Position numbers and translations under genes: made by a program. This document shows positions 10,089 to 21,846 of a DNA stretch of 64,000 bases, piece by piece. The notes under the pieces are model-generated. The model did no database searches. It had not been told where the DNA came from and worked only from the letters and a program-made list of their open reading frames with translations. Source of the DNA: an uncultured delta proteobacterium. GTDB taxonomy: Bacteria; Myxococcota_A; Polyangia; Polyangiales; JAFGIB01. The stretch lies in assembly GCA_963778655.1 (NCBI GenBank), contig CAVZVA010000010.1, positions 1,120,001 to 1,184,000 of the forward strand, in the 5' to 3' direction. Within the stretch, counting starts at the first letter, position 1, and every line of letters begins with the position of its first letter.

Positions 10089-12713
10089 GTGCGTCGTGCG
10101 CCGAGCCACTCGCTGCTGGGACCCGCGCTGCTGCTGTACCTGGTGGCGGACGCCGCTGCGGCCCAGGGCCAGCTCGATGTGCCGGGCGCGCTGGTGGCCG
10201 CCGTGGCCGGGCTGCTCTCGCTGACCGCGCTGCGCGTGGCGCGCGTCGAGCTGGCCGGCAGTCAGCGCACCGGCTGGCTGGGGCTCGCCGCGGCCTGCGG
10301 GCTGCTGCGCGCGGTCGCGCCCGACGCGCTCTCGCTGCGCGTCGACTTGGTGCAGGCGCTCGGCTCGGGCGCGTGCGCCGCGTTGATCGCGGACCTCGCG
10401 ATTAGCGTGCCCGATCGCTTCGGCGCAGCGGCGCGCGCGCGTGCGCTGCGCGCCGGCAGCTACGCGCTGGGTGCGTTGGCCGCGCTGCTCGGGGTCGTGA
10501 CCCAGGCGCCCGCGCTGCACGCGTTCGGGCGGCTGTGGCTGCTGCCGGCATGGCTCGGCTTGGCCCCAGGCGCCGCGCTGGCGCTCGCGCTGTGCGTCGC
10601 GCTCGGGCTGCGCGCGCTGCGGCGGCGCGCGGGCAGCTCGCCCGAGGCGCTCGCGTCCAACGCCTGGGCCCTGCTCGGCCTGGTGCCGGCCGTGGGCGTG
10701 GCGCTCGTCGCTTGCGCCAGCGCGCTGCTCGGCGCCGAGCGCGGAGCTGCGCCGCTGCGGCTGGCGACCGCAGCCAGCGCCGGCCTGCTGGTGTGGAGTC
10801 ACCTGCGCCTGTGCGATCCGGGCCAGCGCCTGCGCGTAGGGCCGACCACGCGCGACGCGCTGGCTGCGCTGCTCACGCTAGGCGCGCTCGCGGCGGCCAG
10901 CGCGCTGCTGCGGCCGCTGTGGCCCGAGGGGCCGCTCGCACTGGCAGCCGCGGTAGGCACGCTGCTGCTGCTAGCGGCGGCGCTCTACCGCACGTTGCGC
11001 GAGCTGGCGCGCGTGGCGCTGGCGCCCGCGTCGGGACGGCTGCTCTTGGCGCTCGAGCGCGGGCACGCAGAGCTCGCGGAAGTCAGTGACCTGCTCGATG
11101 TGGCGCGGGTCGTGCTCGGCGCGGCGCGCAGCGCCTCGGGTAGTGTCGAGGCCGAGCCGGTCCTGTACGTGCTCGATCCAGAGCTCGAGCTGCGCATCGA
11201 CGCAGCCGGGCAGCCGCACGCGGCGCAGCAGCCGCTGCACCCGCGTCTGCGCGCGGCGCTGCGCGAGCGCCCGGGCGAAGTGATCATGCGCCTGCCGTTG
11301 CAGGCGCAGATCGTGCGGCAGCCCGCGTTGCGGCCTTTGATCGACGCGCTGCGCGCGCTCGATGCGCTGTGTGTGCTGCCGCTGATGCAACGCGGCGAGC
11401 TGGAGGGCGCGCTGGTGGTGCCGCTGGGCGTGCGCCGCAGCAGCCTGGCGCTCGAAGAGATCGAGGCGCTGCACCGGTTCGGCCGTCACGTGGCCGGCTT
11501 TCTCGGCGTGCTGTGCGCTGAAGCGCGTGCGTTCCGGCGCGGCTCGCAGGAGATGCTCGCGCGCGCCGAGGTCGAGCAGCGGCTCTCGCGCGCGCACGGC
11601 GAGCTCGGCCGGCTGCAGGCCGAGCTGCGCGCGGCGCAGGCTGGCGATGCGACCGACGGTGCGGAGGCGGCGGCCGTGGAAGTCGCCTACAGCCCAGCGA
11701 TGCGGGGCCTGCTCGAGCGGCTCGAGCGCGTGGCGCCGAGCGCGGCGCCTCTGCTGCTCGAGGCCGAGGGCGGCACGCCGCTGCTGCCGCTGGTGCGCTT
11801 GCTGCACCACGCCGGCCGGCGCGGGCAGTGGCCGCTGGTGATCGGGCGCTGCGCCTCGGCGCGCGCCGGGCGCGGCGCGGCCGCGCTGCTCGGCCCCGAG
11901 CACGCCGCCGGCGTGCCGGAGCAGCCCCTCGCTCGGGCGCGCGCCGGCGCGCCCGTCACCGCCGCCAAGCGCCTCGCCGCCGAGCCGGGCGGCGGCCAGA
12001 CCACGAGCGTGCAGGACCGCCCGCCCGCCGCCTTTGGCGAGACCGTCGCGCTTGCCGACCCGGCCGATCCGGGTTGGCTGCAGCTGGCGGGAGAGGGGAC
12101 GCTGCTGCTGTGCGATCTACCGGCGCTCGAGCCGGCTGTGCAGCGCGCGCTGGCGCAGCGGCTCGCGGATTGCCCCGCGCGCGTGGTCGCCAGCTGCCGC
12201 CGCGATCCGGAGCGGCTCTTGGCGGAGGGCGCGCTGCTGCCCGAGCTGCGCGCGTGCTTCGGACCGTGCGTGCGCGTGCCGCCGCTACGGGAGCGCGCCG
12301 AAGATCTGCCGTCGCTGTTGCTGCTCGCGCTCGATCACGGCGCGCGCGTGCTCGGCCGCGCGCCGGTTGGGCTCGAGCCGGACGCGCAGGCGCGTCTGCT
12401 CGGCTACGACTGGCCGGGCAATCTCGATGAGCTGTACGCCGTGATCGAGCAGGCCGTGGCGCGCTGTCATGGGCCGCGCGTGACGCTGCGCGAGCTGCCA
12501 CGCTTCGGAGCGACGCCCGCCAGCCCGCTCGACGGAACCCTCGAGCGGGTCGAGCGCCGCGTGTTGCGCCGCGCGCTCGAGCGTGCCGACGGCAACAAGA
12601 GCGAGGCCGCGCGCCTGCTCGGCCTCAAGCGCACCACCTTCCTCGACAAGCTGCGCAGGCACGGCCTGGAAGACGGTGGCAAGCCGCGCACCAGCGGCGC
12701 CGCGGCGAATTAG
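10089..12713 (+). CDS. Membrane-anchored sigma-54 activator-like regulator (multi-TM, GAF-like, degenerate AAA+, Fis HTH)
   Basis: Long hydrophobic N-terminus; VPPLRERAEDL, YDWPGNLDEL, GNKSEAARLLGLKRTT; Walker A/B and GAFTGA degenerate. Confidence 0.8.
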   Translation: MRRAPSHSLLGPALLLYLVADAAAAQGQLDVPGALVAAVAGLLSLTALRVARVELAGSQRTGWLGLAAACGLLRAVAPDALSLRVDLVQALGSGACAALIADLAISVPDRFGAAARARALRAGSYALGALAALLGVVTQAPALHAFGRLWLLPAWLGLAPGAALALALCVALGLRALRRRAGSSPEALASNAWALLGLVPAVGVALVACASALLGAERGAAPLRLATAASAGLLVWSHLRLCDPGQRLRVGPTTRDALAALLTLGALAAASALLRPLWPEGPLALAAAVGTLLLLAAALYRTLRELARVALAPASGRLLLALERGHAELAEVSDLLDVARVVLGAARSASGSVEAEPVLYVLDPELELRIDAAGQPHAAQQPLHPRLRAALRERPGEVIMRLPLQAQIVRQPALRPLIDALRALDALCVLPLMQRGELEGALVVPLGVRRSSLALEEIEALHRFGRHVAGFLGVLCAEARAFRRGSQEMLARAEVEQRLSRAHGELGRLQAELRAAQAGDATDGAEAAAVEVAYSPAMRGLLERLERVAPSAAPLLLEAEGGTPLLPLVRLLHHAGRRGQWPLVIGRCASARAGRGAAALLGPEHAAGVPEQPLARARAGAPVTAAKRLAAEPGGGQTTSVQDRPPAAFGETVALADPADPGWLQLAGEGTLLLCDLPALEPAVQRALAQRLADCPARVVASCRRDPERLLAEGALLPELRACFGPCVRVPPLRERAEDLPSLLLLALDHGARVLGRAPVGLEPDAQARLLGYDWPGNLDELYAVIEQAVARCHGPRVTLRELPRFGATPASPLDGTLERVERRVLRRALERADGNKSEAARLLGLKRTTFLDKLRRHGLEDGGKPRTSGAAAN

Positions 12714-12741
12714 CTCGCGCCCGTGCGCGGGCTCGACCCGC

Positions 12742-13616
<875 letters not shown>

Positions 13617-13617
<1 letters not shown>

Positions 13618-14108
13618 CACAACCCGTGAGCCTCGCGCAGCTGCTCTAGCAGTGCCGTGCACGCGGACTCGCAGATGTCGAACACGCGCACGAACCCGCC
13701 GGGGCCGCCCTGGTAGGGGTCGGGCACGTCGAGCTGTGCGCCCGCGTTCGGGTCGAAGCTGCGCAGCAGCTGGAGCTTGTCCCCCTGGCGCGAGTCGCGC
13801 GCGAGCCGCAGCAGGTCGCGGAGGTTCTGGCGGTCCATCGCCAGCACGTAGTCGAAGCGCTCGAAATCTTCGGCGGTGAACTGGCGTGCGACGCTGGTCA
13901 GCTCGATGCCGTGCCGCAGCGCCTCTGCACGGCTGCGCGCATCGGCACGCTCGCCCGCGTGGTAGGCGCCCGTGCCCGCGCTGTCGATCAGCAGCTTGTC
14001 TTCGAGCCCGGCCTCGCTGGCGAGGTGCTTCATGATGCCCTCTGCTGTCGGCGAGCGGCAGATGTTGCCGAGGCACACGAAGCACAGCGCGATCGGTTTG
14101 TCGCCCAT
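13617..14108 (-). CDS. Low-molecular-weight protein-tyrosine phosphatase
   Basis: VCLGNICRSP P-loop and DVPDPY. Confidence 0.95.
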
Positions 14109-14109
14109 C

Positions 14110-15615
14110 TCACTTCCCGGTCACGTAGACCTTGCTCGCCTTGATGCCGGTCATGTCGGTGGAGATGCCATGCCAGCCCTCGGGCAGCTCCGGCCAGGTG
14201 AGGTTGAACACGCGGTGCGCGTCGAAGGGCGATAGGTTCACGCAACCGTGGGAGTGGCGCAAGCCAAAGCCACCGTGCCAGAACGCGCCGTGCAGCGCCA
14301 CCGAGCCGGAGAAGTACTCGGTCCAGGGTACGTCCTCGATGCTGTAGCGGTCGGGTGCGTCCTGACCGATGTCGCTCATGGTCGAGGCCACCAGCTTGGA
14401 GCGGATCGTAAACAGTCCCACCGGCGTGTCGTGCCCTTCGAGACCGGTCGACACCAGGGTCGCATAGACCGGCTCGTCGCCCTGATAGGCGACCAGCGTC
14501 TGCTGATCGATGTTGACGTGCACCCACGGCTCGCCCGGCCCGATGCCCTCGGGGCGCGGGATCTTTTCCGCCAGCGCGACGTACCACGACTTGAGGTAGC
14601 GCCCGTCCGGCAGCTTGTACACGAGGTCGTCGCCCAGATGCTCGCGGCTGGCTCCAGGCACCTCCGAGAGCCGCGCCAGCGGTTTGTCCTTGGGGTTGGT
14701 GATGTAGCGATACGAGCCGTCCTTGCGCTGCTTGGCCGTGAAAGGCGTGCCTTCGCGCACCATCCAGGCCACGGGCAGCGGGTGCTCGGCGTCGAGCTCC
14801 ACACCGCGGAAGCTCGAGCCGGTGCGCTCCTCGAGCTGCGCCTGTTTGACGTAGCTGCCGCGCACGGTTCGCACGAACTTGCGGTGCGCGCGCTCCTCGA
14901 TGCCGGCGCCCGCGACGAAGAACAAGCGGTCGAGGTAGCGCCGCACGATCGGCGGGCTCAATAGCTCACCGGGGAGCTGGCCGTCGAGCAGCTTCTGCGC
15001 CTTGGCCTCGCTCTTCTGCAAAAGCTCCAGGTAACGCTGCACGAAGGCGTTGGCCGCGCGTTGATCCTCGCGCGAGGGCAAGCGGTGGTACTCGGGGACC
15101 TTGGGCTCCTTGACCAGGAAGTAGCGGTAGGGCAGGGGCGCGTCGCGCGGCGGCGGATTCATCGCCAGCTCGGACTGGGGCGGCTTGTCGGCGACCTGAA
15201 TGCCTTCGCCGGCGCAGGCGTAGCCGCGCGGGTACAGGCGATAGAAGCCGGTGCGGCAGGTCGGGGTCTTGACCGGTCCGGGCGCCAGGCGCACGCGCGA
15301 GCCCACCCGCAGCCAGCCCAGCAGCAGGGCGTCGGGGTCGGGCTTGTCGTGGACCTTGAGCTGCGCCCCGGTGACCAGGCCGTGCAGGGGATACTCCTTG
15401 TCGAGCCGGTCTTGCTCGCGCTTGGCGGCGAGCGCGGCCTGGTCGATCTTCGCGACCGCCTGCTTGACGCCCGCCGGCTGCGCCGGGGTCTTGCTGCTGG
15501 CGCGCGCGGCCTCGGCGGGCTTGTCGGAGCAGCCGGCCAGAGCGAGCAGCGCGGCGCAGCAGGCGAGCCACGGCGCGCGGCGCGCGCAGCGCACGGGTAC
15601 GACGGCTCGGGGCAT
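14110..15615 (-). CDS. L,D-transpeptidase (YkuD domain) lipoprotein
   Basis: LAGC lipobox; VSTG, ALHGAFWH, SHGCVNL. Confidence 0.9.
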   Translation of the reverse strand: MPRAVVPVRCARRAPWLACCAALLALAGCSDKPAEAARASSKTPAQPAGVKQAVAKIDQAALAAKREQDRLDKEYPLHGLVTGAQLKVHDKPDPDALLLGWLRVGSRVRLAPGPVKTPTCRTGFYRLYPRGYACAGEGIQVADKPPQSELAMNPPPRDAPLPYRYFLVKEPKVPEYHRLPSREDQRAANAFVQRYLELLQKSEAKAQKLLDGQLPGELLSPPIVRRYLDRLFFVAGAGIEERAHRKFVRTVRGSYVKQAQLEERTGSSFRGVELDAEHPLPVAWMVREGTPFTAKQRKDGSYRYITNPKDKPLARLSEVPGASREHLGDDLVYKLPDGRYLKSWYVALAEKIPRPEGIGPGEPWVHVNIDQQTLVAYQGDEPVYATLVSTGLEGHDTPVGLFTIRSKLVASTMSDIGQDAPDRYSIEDVPWTEYFSGSVALHGAFWHGGFGLRHSHGCVNLSPFDAHRVFNLTWPELPEGWHGISTDMTGIKASKVYVTGK

Positions 15616-15900
15616 CGGCCGACCATTACCGGACCCGGGCAGGCCGCTCAACCCCCCGGCGCGACCCTGCGCCAATACCGGTCCTCGCGCGCGCCGACAG
15701 CGCGAGGGTCATCAAGCGGCTGAAGGCGCTTGCGAGATAGTGCAATCGCAGCCCAGGTCGCCTCGGGCGCCTCCGCTGCGGGCTGGCGTGCATTTCACCA
15801 CCTTGCGACCGGGCCACATCTGGCCGACCCTCGTAGGCATGTCGGATGGCCCTCGGGTCTCGGGCGGGCAGTCCGCGCAGTCGTGCGGCCGGAGGCTCCG

Positions 15901-18565
15901 TTGAGCTCTCCTGGGCAAGCGGCGGTCGTCGTGCTCGATGCCCGCGGCATCATGTGCGACGCGAGCGCCGCGCTCGAGCGCCTCGCCGGCCGCACGCGGG
16001 CCGAGCTGCTCGAGCACGACTTCTGTGACCTGCTGCTCGCCCCTGCTGCGGTGCCGGCGTTTCGCGCTTGGCTCACCGCGGCGGTCGCGAGCCCGCGCGC
16101 AGCCGCCCCCGAGCTGCTCGCGGGCGCCGATCCGGCGGTGAGCTGGCAGCTCCACGCGGCGCGTGACGGCGCCGGCGCGCTCTGCGGCGTGGTCGGCGTG
16201 GCGATTCACGACAGCGTGGCGCGGACCTACCTCGACCACACCGCCGATTGGGTCTTCGCCAAGGACCCGACGCACCGCATCAGGTACGTCAACCCTGCGT
16301 ACGCCCGCGCGCTCGGGCGCAGCGCCGAGGATCTGATTCGGCAGGCCCGATACCGAAGTGTGGCCCGAAGCGCGGCAAGACGACGCGGCCCAGGGGCTGC
16401 GCAGCTTCCACGCCGACGACGATGCCGTGCTCGAGGGACAGACGGTTCGCAGCGAGGGGCGCTCGCTGACTCAGCTCGACGGGCGGGTGCGCATCTTCGA
16501 CAACACCAAGCTGCCGCTGCGCAACGCCCGCGGTGAGATCTACGGCGTGCTCGGGTTCGCGCGCGACGTGACTGAGCAGCGTAACGCCGAGCGCGAGCTG
16601 CGCAGCCGCGAGGAGCGCTACCGCTTGCTCGTCGACAACGCCCCGGTGCCGCTCTACGTGCATGACGGCGAGCGCTTGCTGTTTGCCAATCGGGCCTGCG
16701 GCAAGCTGATGGGCTACGAGCTCGAGAACTTGGTGGGCCGGCCGCTCACTGACATCGTGCACCCCGACGAGCGGGCGCGGGTGCAGGAACGCATCGCGCA
16801 GCTGCGCCAGACCGCCGAAACCGGTTACAACTCGCCGATCCTCGGACGGATCGTGCGCGCGGACGGCGAGCTCGTGTTCGTCGAGGTGGTTGCGGCCATG
16901 GTCAGCTACGAGGGTCGCCCCGCGATCCAGGTCGTGGCGATCGATGTCAGCGAGCGCGAGCGCGCGCGCGAGGCGGTGCGCGAGCGCGATGCCGCGCTCC
17001 AGAAGGCCGTCGAGCAGCTGGCCGAAGCGCAGCGCATCGCCCACCTCGGTTACTGGGAGTACGACCTCTTGAGCTCCACCGTCGAATGGTCGGACGAGAC
17101 CTTCCGCATCTTCGAGCTCGACCGCGACGTGCGCCCGACGCGGGACCTATGGCTCGCGGCGGTCCACCCGGACGATCGGCCGGCGCTCGCCGCAGGCTTC
17201 GGGGCTGCGATGAGCACGCAGACGTCGATATCGCTCACCTATCGGCTCGCGCTGCCCGGCGACCGCATCAAACACGTGTTCCAGCACGTACGCTTCGAGA
17301 GCGACGACCGCGGCGCCGTGGCGCGTGCCGTGGGCACTGTGCAGGATGTCAGCGATCGCGAGGTGGCGGCGGCCGAGCGCGCGGCGCTCGAGGCGCAGCT
17401 GCGCCACGCTCAGCGCCTCGAATCGCTCGGCACGCTGGCAGCCGGCATCGCGCACGACTTCAACAACCTCCTGACCGCGATCCTCGCCAATGCCGAGCTG
17501 GCGACGCGCTCCCTGGCCGAGGGCCATCCGGTGCACGAGAACCTCGCGGCCATCGGCGCTGCCGGGGCGCGTGCCACCGAATTGGTGCGGCAGATCCTGA
17601 TGGTCGGCCGGCGGCAGGCCGCTCGCAGAACTACGGTCGATCCGGCGGTCGTCGCAGAGGAGGCGCTGCGCCTGCTCCGCGCGACCCTGCGCGAAAACGT
17701 CGAGCTCGTCGCCCGCATCTCGCCCGACACGCCGTCCATCACGGCCGACGCCACGCAACTGCTGCAGGTGTTGATGAACCTGTGTACCAATGCGTGGCAG
17801 GCGCTCGAGGGGCAGCGCGGGCGCATCGAGATCGGTGTGCGCGGCGTCGCGCTCGACGAGGCCGCGCTGCGCGGGCGTCCCCAGCTGGCGCCGGGCCTGC
17901 ACGCCGAGATCACCGTCACCGACACGGGCAAGGGGATGGCTGCCGAGACCGTCGAGCGCGTCTTCGATCCCTTCTTCACCACCAAGCCGGTCGGCGTGGG
18001 CTCGGGCCTCGGCCTCGCGGTCGTGCACGGCATCGTCCAAAGCCACCAGGGCGCGATCGAGGTGACGAGCGAGCCAGGCCAGGGCACCACGTTTCGGCTC
18101 TACTTTCCGGCCAGCGCCGGCGTCGCGGCTTCCGTTCCGCGAGACCGGACGCCTCCGGCTCCGCGGCCGCTGCGGGTGATGCTGGTCGACGACGAGGCGG
18201 CGATCGTCTCGGTGTTCACGCACGCGCTGCAGGCGCTCGGCTTCACGGTGACGGCCTTTACGCGCGCCGCCGATGCGCTCGGCGAGTTGCAGGCGCGCGC
18301 CGGATCCTTCGACGTGGTCGTGAGCGACCACCGTATGCCGGAAATGTCCGGGCTTGAGCTGGCGCGCGAGGTCCGCCGCATCGCGCCCGAGCTGCCGCTG
18401 GTGTTGATGTCGGGCAACCTCGACGCGCGCGCGCTCGAGCGCAGCGCGCTGCTGGGCGTCGTACACCACTTGCCCAAGCCGTGCAGCCTCGAACAGCTCA
18501 GCAGCACGCTCGTGACGGCAGCGCTCGAAGCGAGCAAGCGCGCGGCCGCCCCCGGCGAGCGCTGA
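15901..18565 (+). pseudogene. Multi-PAS hybrid histidine kinase with receiver domain, +1 frameshift near 16337 (real or sequencing error)
   Basis: GGAGG then TTG start; PAS repeats; GIAHDFNN H-box, NLCTNA, DTGKGM, PFFTTK, GSGLGL, C-terminal REC; deleting one T gives one 887-aa ORF. Confidence 0.8.
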
Positions 18566-18624
18566 GCTTTCGCCTCGCGCATGTGGATGCTCGCCGCTCG
18601 CGAAGTGCCAAACGCGGACACGGG

Positions 18625-19270
18625 TCAAGCCGGGACGCGGGCGACAAAGAGCCCGCGGTCGGCCGGACCCTTGGGATCGTGGGTGGCTTGCAAGCCGGCC
18701 CGACGAAAGCACTCGAGCGTTTCTTCGGTCGTGAACAGCCCGAGCTCGTGCAGCTCACTGGCGTGCGCGATGCCGCCGGGCCGGCCGATCAGATACTCGA
18801 AACGCACGCGCGAGAGGCGGCCTTCGACTTGCATGTGACTCATCCGGGCCACGCTCACGTCCTCGCGCTTCGCGGTCTTCATCCCCACCGTGCCGTGCTG
18901 CAGTACCCCGGGGGCGAACCAGGGCTCGACCAGCGTGAGGCCACCCTCGGCCAGGTGCGTCCGAAACCGGTCGAACGTGCGCCGGACGTTCTCGAGCGTC
19001 CGAACGTAGCCGATCGAGCTGAACAAGCACAGAACGACATCGTAGCGTCGCGGCAGCTGAAACGACGTCATGTCCCCCTGGTACACGGTACCGCGGGTCA
19101 GCTTCCGTCGCGCGATTTGCACGAACGCCGGATCCAGGTCGAGCCCATCGACCTCGAAGCCGTGCTCCTCAGCGAGCGACCGCGCGTGCTCGCCGGTGCC
19201 GCACGCGACGTCGAGCACCGTCCGCGCGCGAGGATGCGTCCGCCGGATGGAAGCGGCGAGCTCGACCCGG
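18625..19270 (-). pseudogene. Class I SAM-dependent methyltransferase lacking its N-terminus
   Basis: VLDVACGTGEH, GLDLD, GDM, CLFSSIGY; no credible start codon in frame. Confidence 0.7.
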
Positions 19271-19366
19271 AACTTGAACACCGGCCTCCGGAAACGCGGG
19301 CTGACAGAACACCAACAATCGATCGCGCTGGGTGATGTACGCGAATGCCTTCTGCACGATGCGCAC
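19267..19366 (-). pseudogene. N-terminal fragment of a NUDIX hydrolase
   Basis: GAGGAGG RBS, GTG start, VQKAFAYITQRDRLLVF..PEAGVQVPG, then breaks off exactly where the Nudix box should begin. Confidence 0.65.
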
Positions 19367-19454
19367 GACACCTCCTCGGCATGCCCAACCGGCAATTCCG
19401 TTGGTCAACATGATCCCTGGACAAAGCGATCGCGAGGCCGCCCGGCACGATCCC

Positions 19455-20042
19455 TCACCGCACTGCCTGCTCGCGGGTCGCGTCCCACTCGGGCCGCAGG
19501 ATCGAGTAGACCGCCTGGTCCCAGCGGCGGCCGCGGAACAGCAGCGCAGACCGTAGCACGCCGTCGAGCTTCAGCCCCATCTTCTCGGCTGCGCGCCGGC
19601 TGCGTTCGTTCTCCGCGAAGATGGGCGCCCAGATGCGCTCGACGTCGGTGGTGCGAAACGCATGATCGATCAGCGCGTGCCCAGCCTCGGGAACCAGACC
19701 CTGGCCCCAGTGCGAACGAGCCAAGATGTAGCCGAGATACATCGTGCGGTGCTCCGCGCTGTCGAGATACACGCCCGCGCCGCCGATCACGCGCGCGGGG
19801 TCATCGCGCCGGCACAGCGCATAGTCGAGCCTGGCGTGCTCATAGCTGCCGGCGACGATCCCGTCGAGAAACGCGCGGGCCTCGTCGCCGTGCCGCAGCC
19901 GGTCCCACGCCATGAAGCGCGTAGTCTCCTCGTCCGACGCATACGCGTAGATCGCCGCCGCGTCCGTGATCTCATAGCCACGCAGCATCAAGCGTGCCGT
20001 CTGCACCACAGGCGGACGCCAACCGACCTCGGCCAGGCCCAT
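19455..20042 (-). CDS. RimJ/RimL-type GNAT N-acetyltransferase
   Basis: TARLMLR, LGYILARSHWGQGL, NERSRRAAEKMG. Confidence 0.9.
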   Translation of the reverse strand: MGLAEVGWRPPVVQTARLMLRGYEITDAAAIYAYASDEETTRFMAWDRLRHGDEARAFLDGIVAGSYEHARLDYALCRRDDPARVIGGAGVYLDSAEHRTMYLGYILARSHWGQGLVPEAGHALIDHAFRTTDVERIWAPIFAENERSRRAAEKMGLKLDGVLRSALLFRGRRWDQAVYSILRPEWDATREQAVR

Positions 20043-20223
20043 CGCAGACCAATCTTATCGTCGCCGGCCACCCCCGCAAGCAGCCACTCCCACGTCACCT
20101 CGAACGACCGGGCCAACGTCAGCACTCCCGCCCGATCAGCCGCCCAGCACGAACCGTGTCCTATGGCGGTGCCAAAGGCGAGCGACCTACGCCGCTCCCC
20201 TCGTTCGATCGCCGTGCCCAACC

Positions 20224-21846
20224 CTACTTGAACGCGTAGCTCTTGAACTGCTCGCGCAGGTCGCGCTTCTGGATCTTGCCCGTGGCCGTGTGCGGGATCG
20301 CGTCCACGAAAGCGACGTCGTCCGGCATCCACCACTTGGCGATCTTGCCCTGCATGTACTGCAGCAGCGCTTCCTTGGTCACGTTCGTGTTCGGCTTGCG
20401 CACCACGATCAGCAGCGGCCGCTCGTCCCACTTCGGGTGCGCGATCCCGATCACCGCAGCCTCCGCCACCTCAGGGTGGCACACCGCCAGGTTCTCCAGC
20501 TCGATCGAGCTGATCCACTCGCCGCCGCTCTTGATCACGTCCTTGCTGCGGTCCGTGATCTGCATGAAGCCCCGCTCGTCGATCGTCGCCACGTCGCCCG
20601 TGTCGAAGAACCCGTCCTGGTCCAGGATCTGCCCGCCCTCGCCCTTGTAGTAGCTCTTCGCGATCGCCGCGCCGCGCACCACCAGGTGCCCGAACTTCTT
20701 GCCGTCGCGCGGCAGCTCCTCGCCGTCGTCGTCGACGATCTTCATCTCCACCATGTACGGCGCGCGCCCCTGCTTCAGCTTGTAGCGGATGCGCTCCTCT
20801 TCCGGCAGCGCGTCCATCCCCGGCTTGAAGCTGGCGAACGTGCCGAGCGGGCTCATCTCCGTCATGCCCCAGCCGTGCACCACCGTCACTCCGTAGTTCT
20901 TCTCGAAGCGCTCCACGATCGTGCGCGGGACCGCCGAGCCTCCGATCATCACCCGGTGCAGCGTGCTCAGCTGCTTGTTCTCCGCCTCGAGGTACTGCAG
21001 CAGCATCAGCCACACCGTCGGCACCGCCGCGGTGAACGACACCTTCTCGGTCTCCAGCAGCTCGTGAATGCTCTTGCCGTCCATCTGCGCGCCCGGCATC
21101 ACCAGCTTCGCGCCCACCATCGGCGCGGCGAACGCAATCGCCCAGGCGTTGGCGTGGAACATCGGTACCACCGGCAGCACCGAGTCGGCGGCGCGCATGC
21201 CGAACGAGTCGGCCTGGTTCACCGTCAGCGCGTGCAGGATGTTGCTGCGGTGCGAGTAGACCACGCCCTTGGGGTTGCCCGTGGTGCCCGAGGTGTAACA
21301 CAGCCCGCAGGCCGCGTTCTCGTCGACCTTCACCCACGCGAAGTCCTCATCGCTGTCGCCGATCAGCTCCTCGTAGCAGATCGCGTTGCGCAGCTTGGCG
21401 TCGGGCATGTGCGCGCGGTCGGTCATCACCACGAAGCCCTTGATGCCGGGGCACTTGTCCTGAATCGCCACGCACAGCGGCACGAACGTCAGGTCGGTGA
21501 ACAGGTACTTGTCGCCTGCGTGGTTCGCGATGTAGACGAGCTGCTCCGGAAACAGTCGCGGGTTGAGCGTGTGGCAGACCGCGCCCAGGCCCATGATCCC
21601 GTACCACGCCTCCATGTGGCGGTAGGTGTTCCAGGCCAGCGTGCCGACCACGTCGCCCTCGCGGATGCCGAGCTTGTGCAGCGCCTTGGCGCAGCGCTTG
21701 CTGCGCCGGTAGAGGTCCGCGTAGGTGCAACGGTGGATCGGTCCCTCCACCGAGCGCGTCACCACCTCCTGCTCGCCGTGATTGATGTTTGCGTGGTCCA
21801 GAATCGACGACACCAGCAGCGGCCAGTCCTGCATCAAACCTCGCAT
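20224..21846 (-). CDS. Long-chain fatty-acid--CoA ligase (DmdB/AlkK-like AMP-binding enzyme)
   Basis: YTSGTTGNPKG, VPMFHANAW, WGMTE, TGD, DRSKDVIKSGGEWISS, TGKIQK. Confidence 0.93.
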   Translation of the reverse strand: MRGLMQDWPLLVSSILDHANINHGEQEVVTRSVEGPIHRCTYADLYRRSKRCAKALHKLGIREGDVVGTLAWNTYRHMEAWYGIMGLGAVCHTLNPRLFPEQLVYIANHAGDKYLFTDLTFVPLCVAIQDKCPGIKGFVVMTDRAHMPDAKLRNAICYEELIGDSDEDFAWVKVDENAACGLCYTSGTTGNPKGVVYSHRSNILHALTVNQADSFGMRAADSVLPVVPMFHANAWAIAFAAPMVGAKLVMPGAQMDGKSIHELLETEKVSFTAAVPTVWLMLLQYLEAENKQLSTLHRVMIGGSAVPRTIVERFEKNYGVTVVHGWGMTEMSPLGTFASFKPGMDALPEEERIRYKLKQGRAPYMVEMKIVDDDGEELPRDGKKFGHLVVRGAAIAKSYYKGEGGQILDQDGFFDTGDVATIDERGFMQITDRSKDVIKSGGEWISSIELENLAVCHPEVAEAAVIGIAHPKWDERPLLIVVRKPNTNVTKEALLQYMQGKIAKWWMPDDVAFVDAIPHTATGKIQKRDLREQFKSYAFK

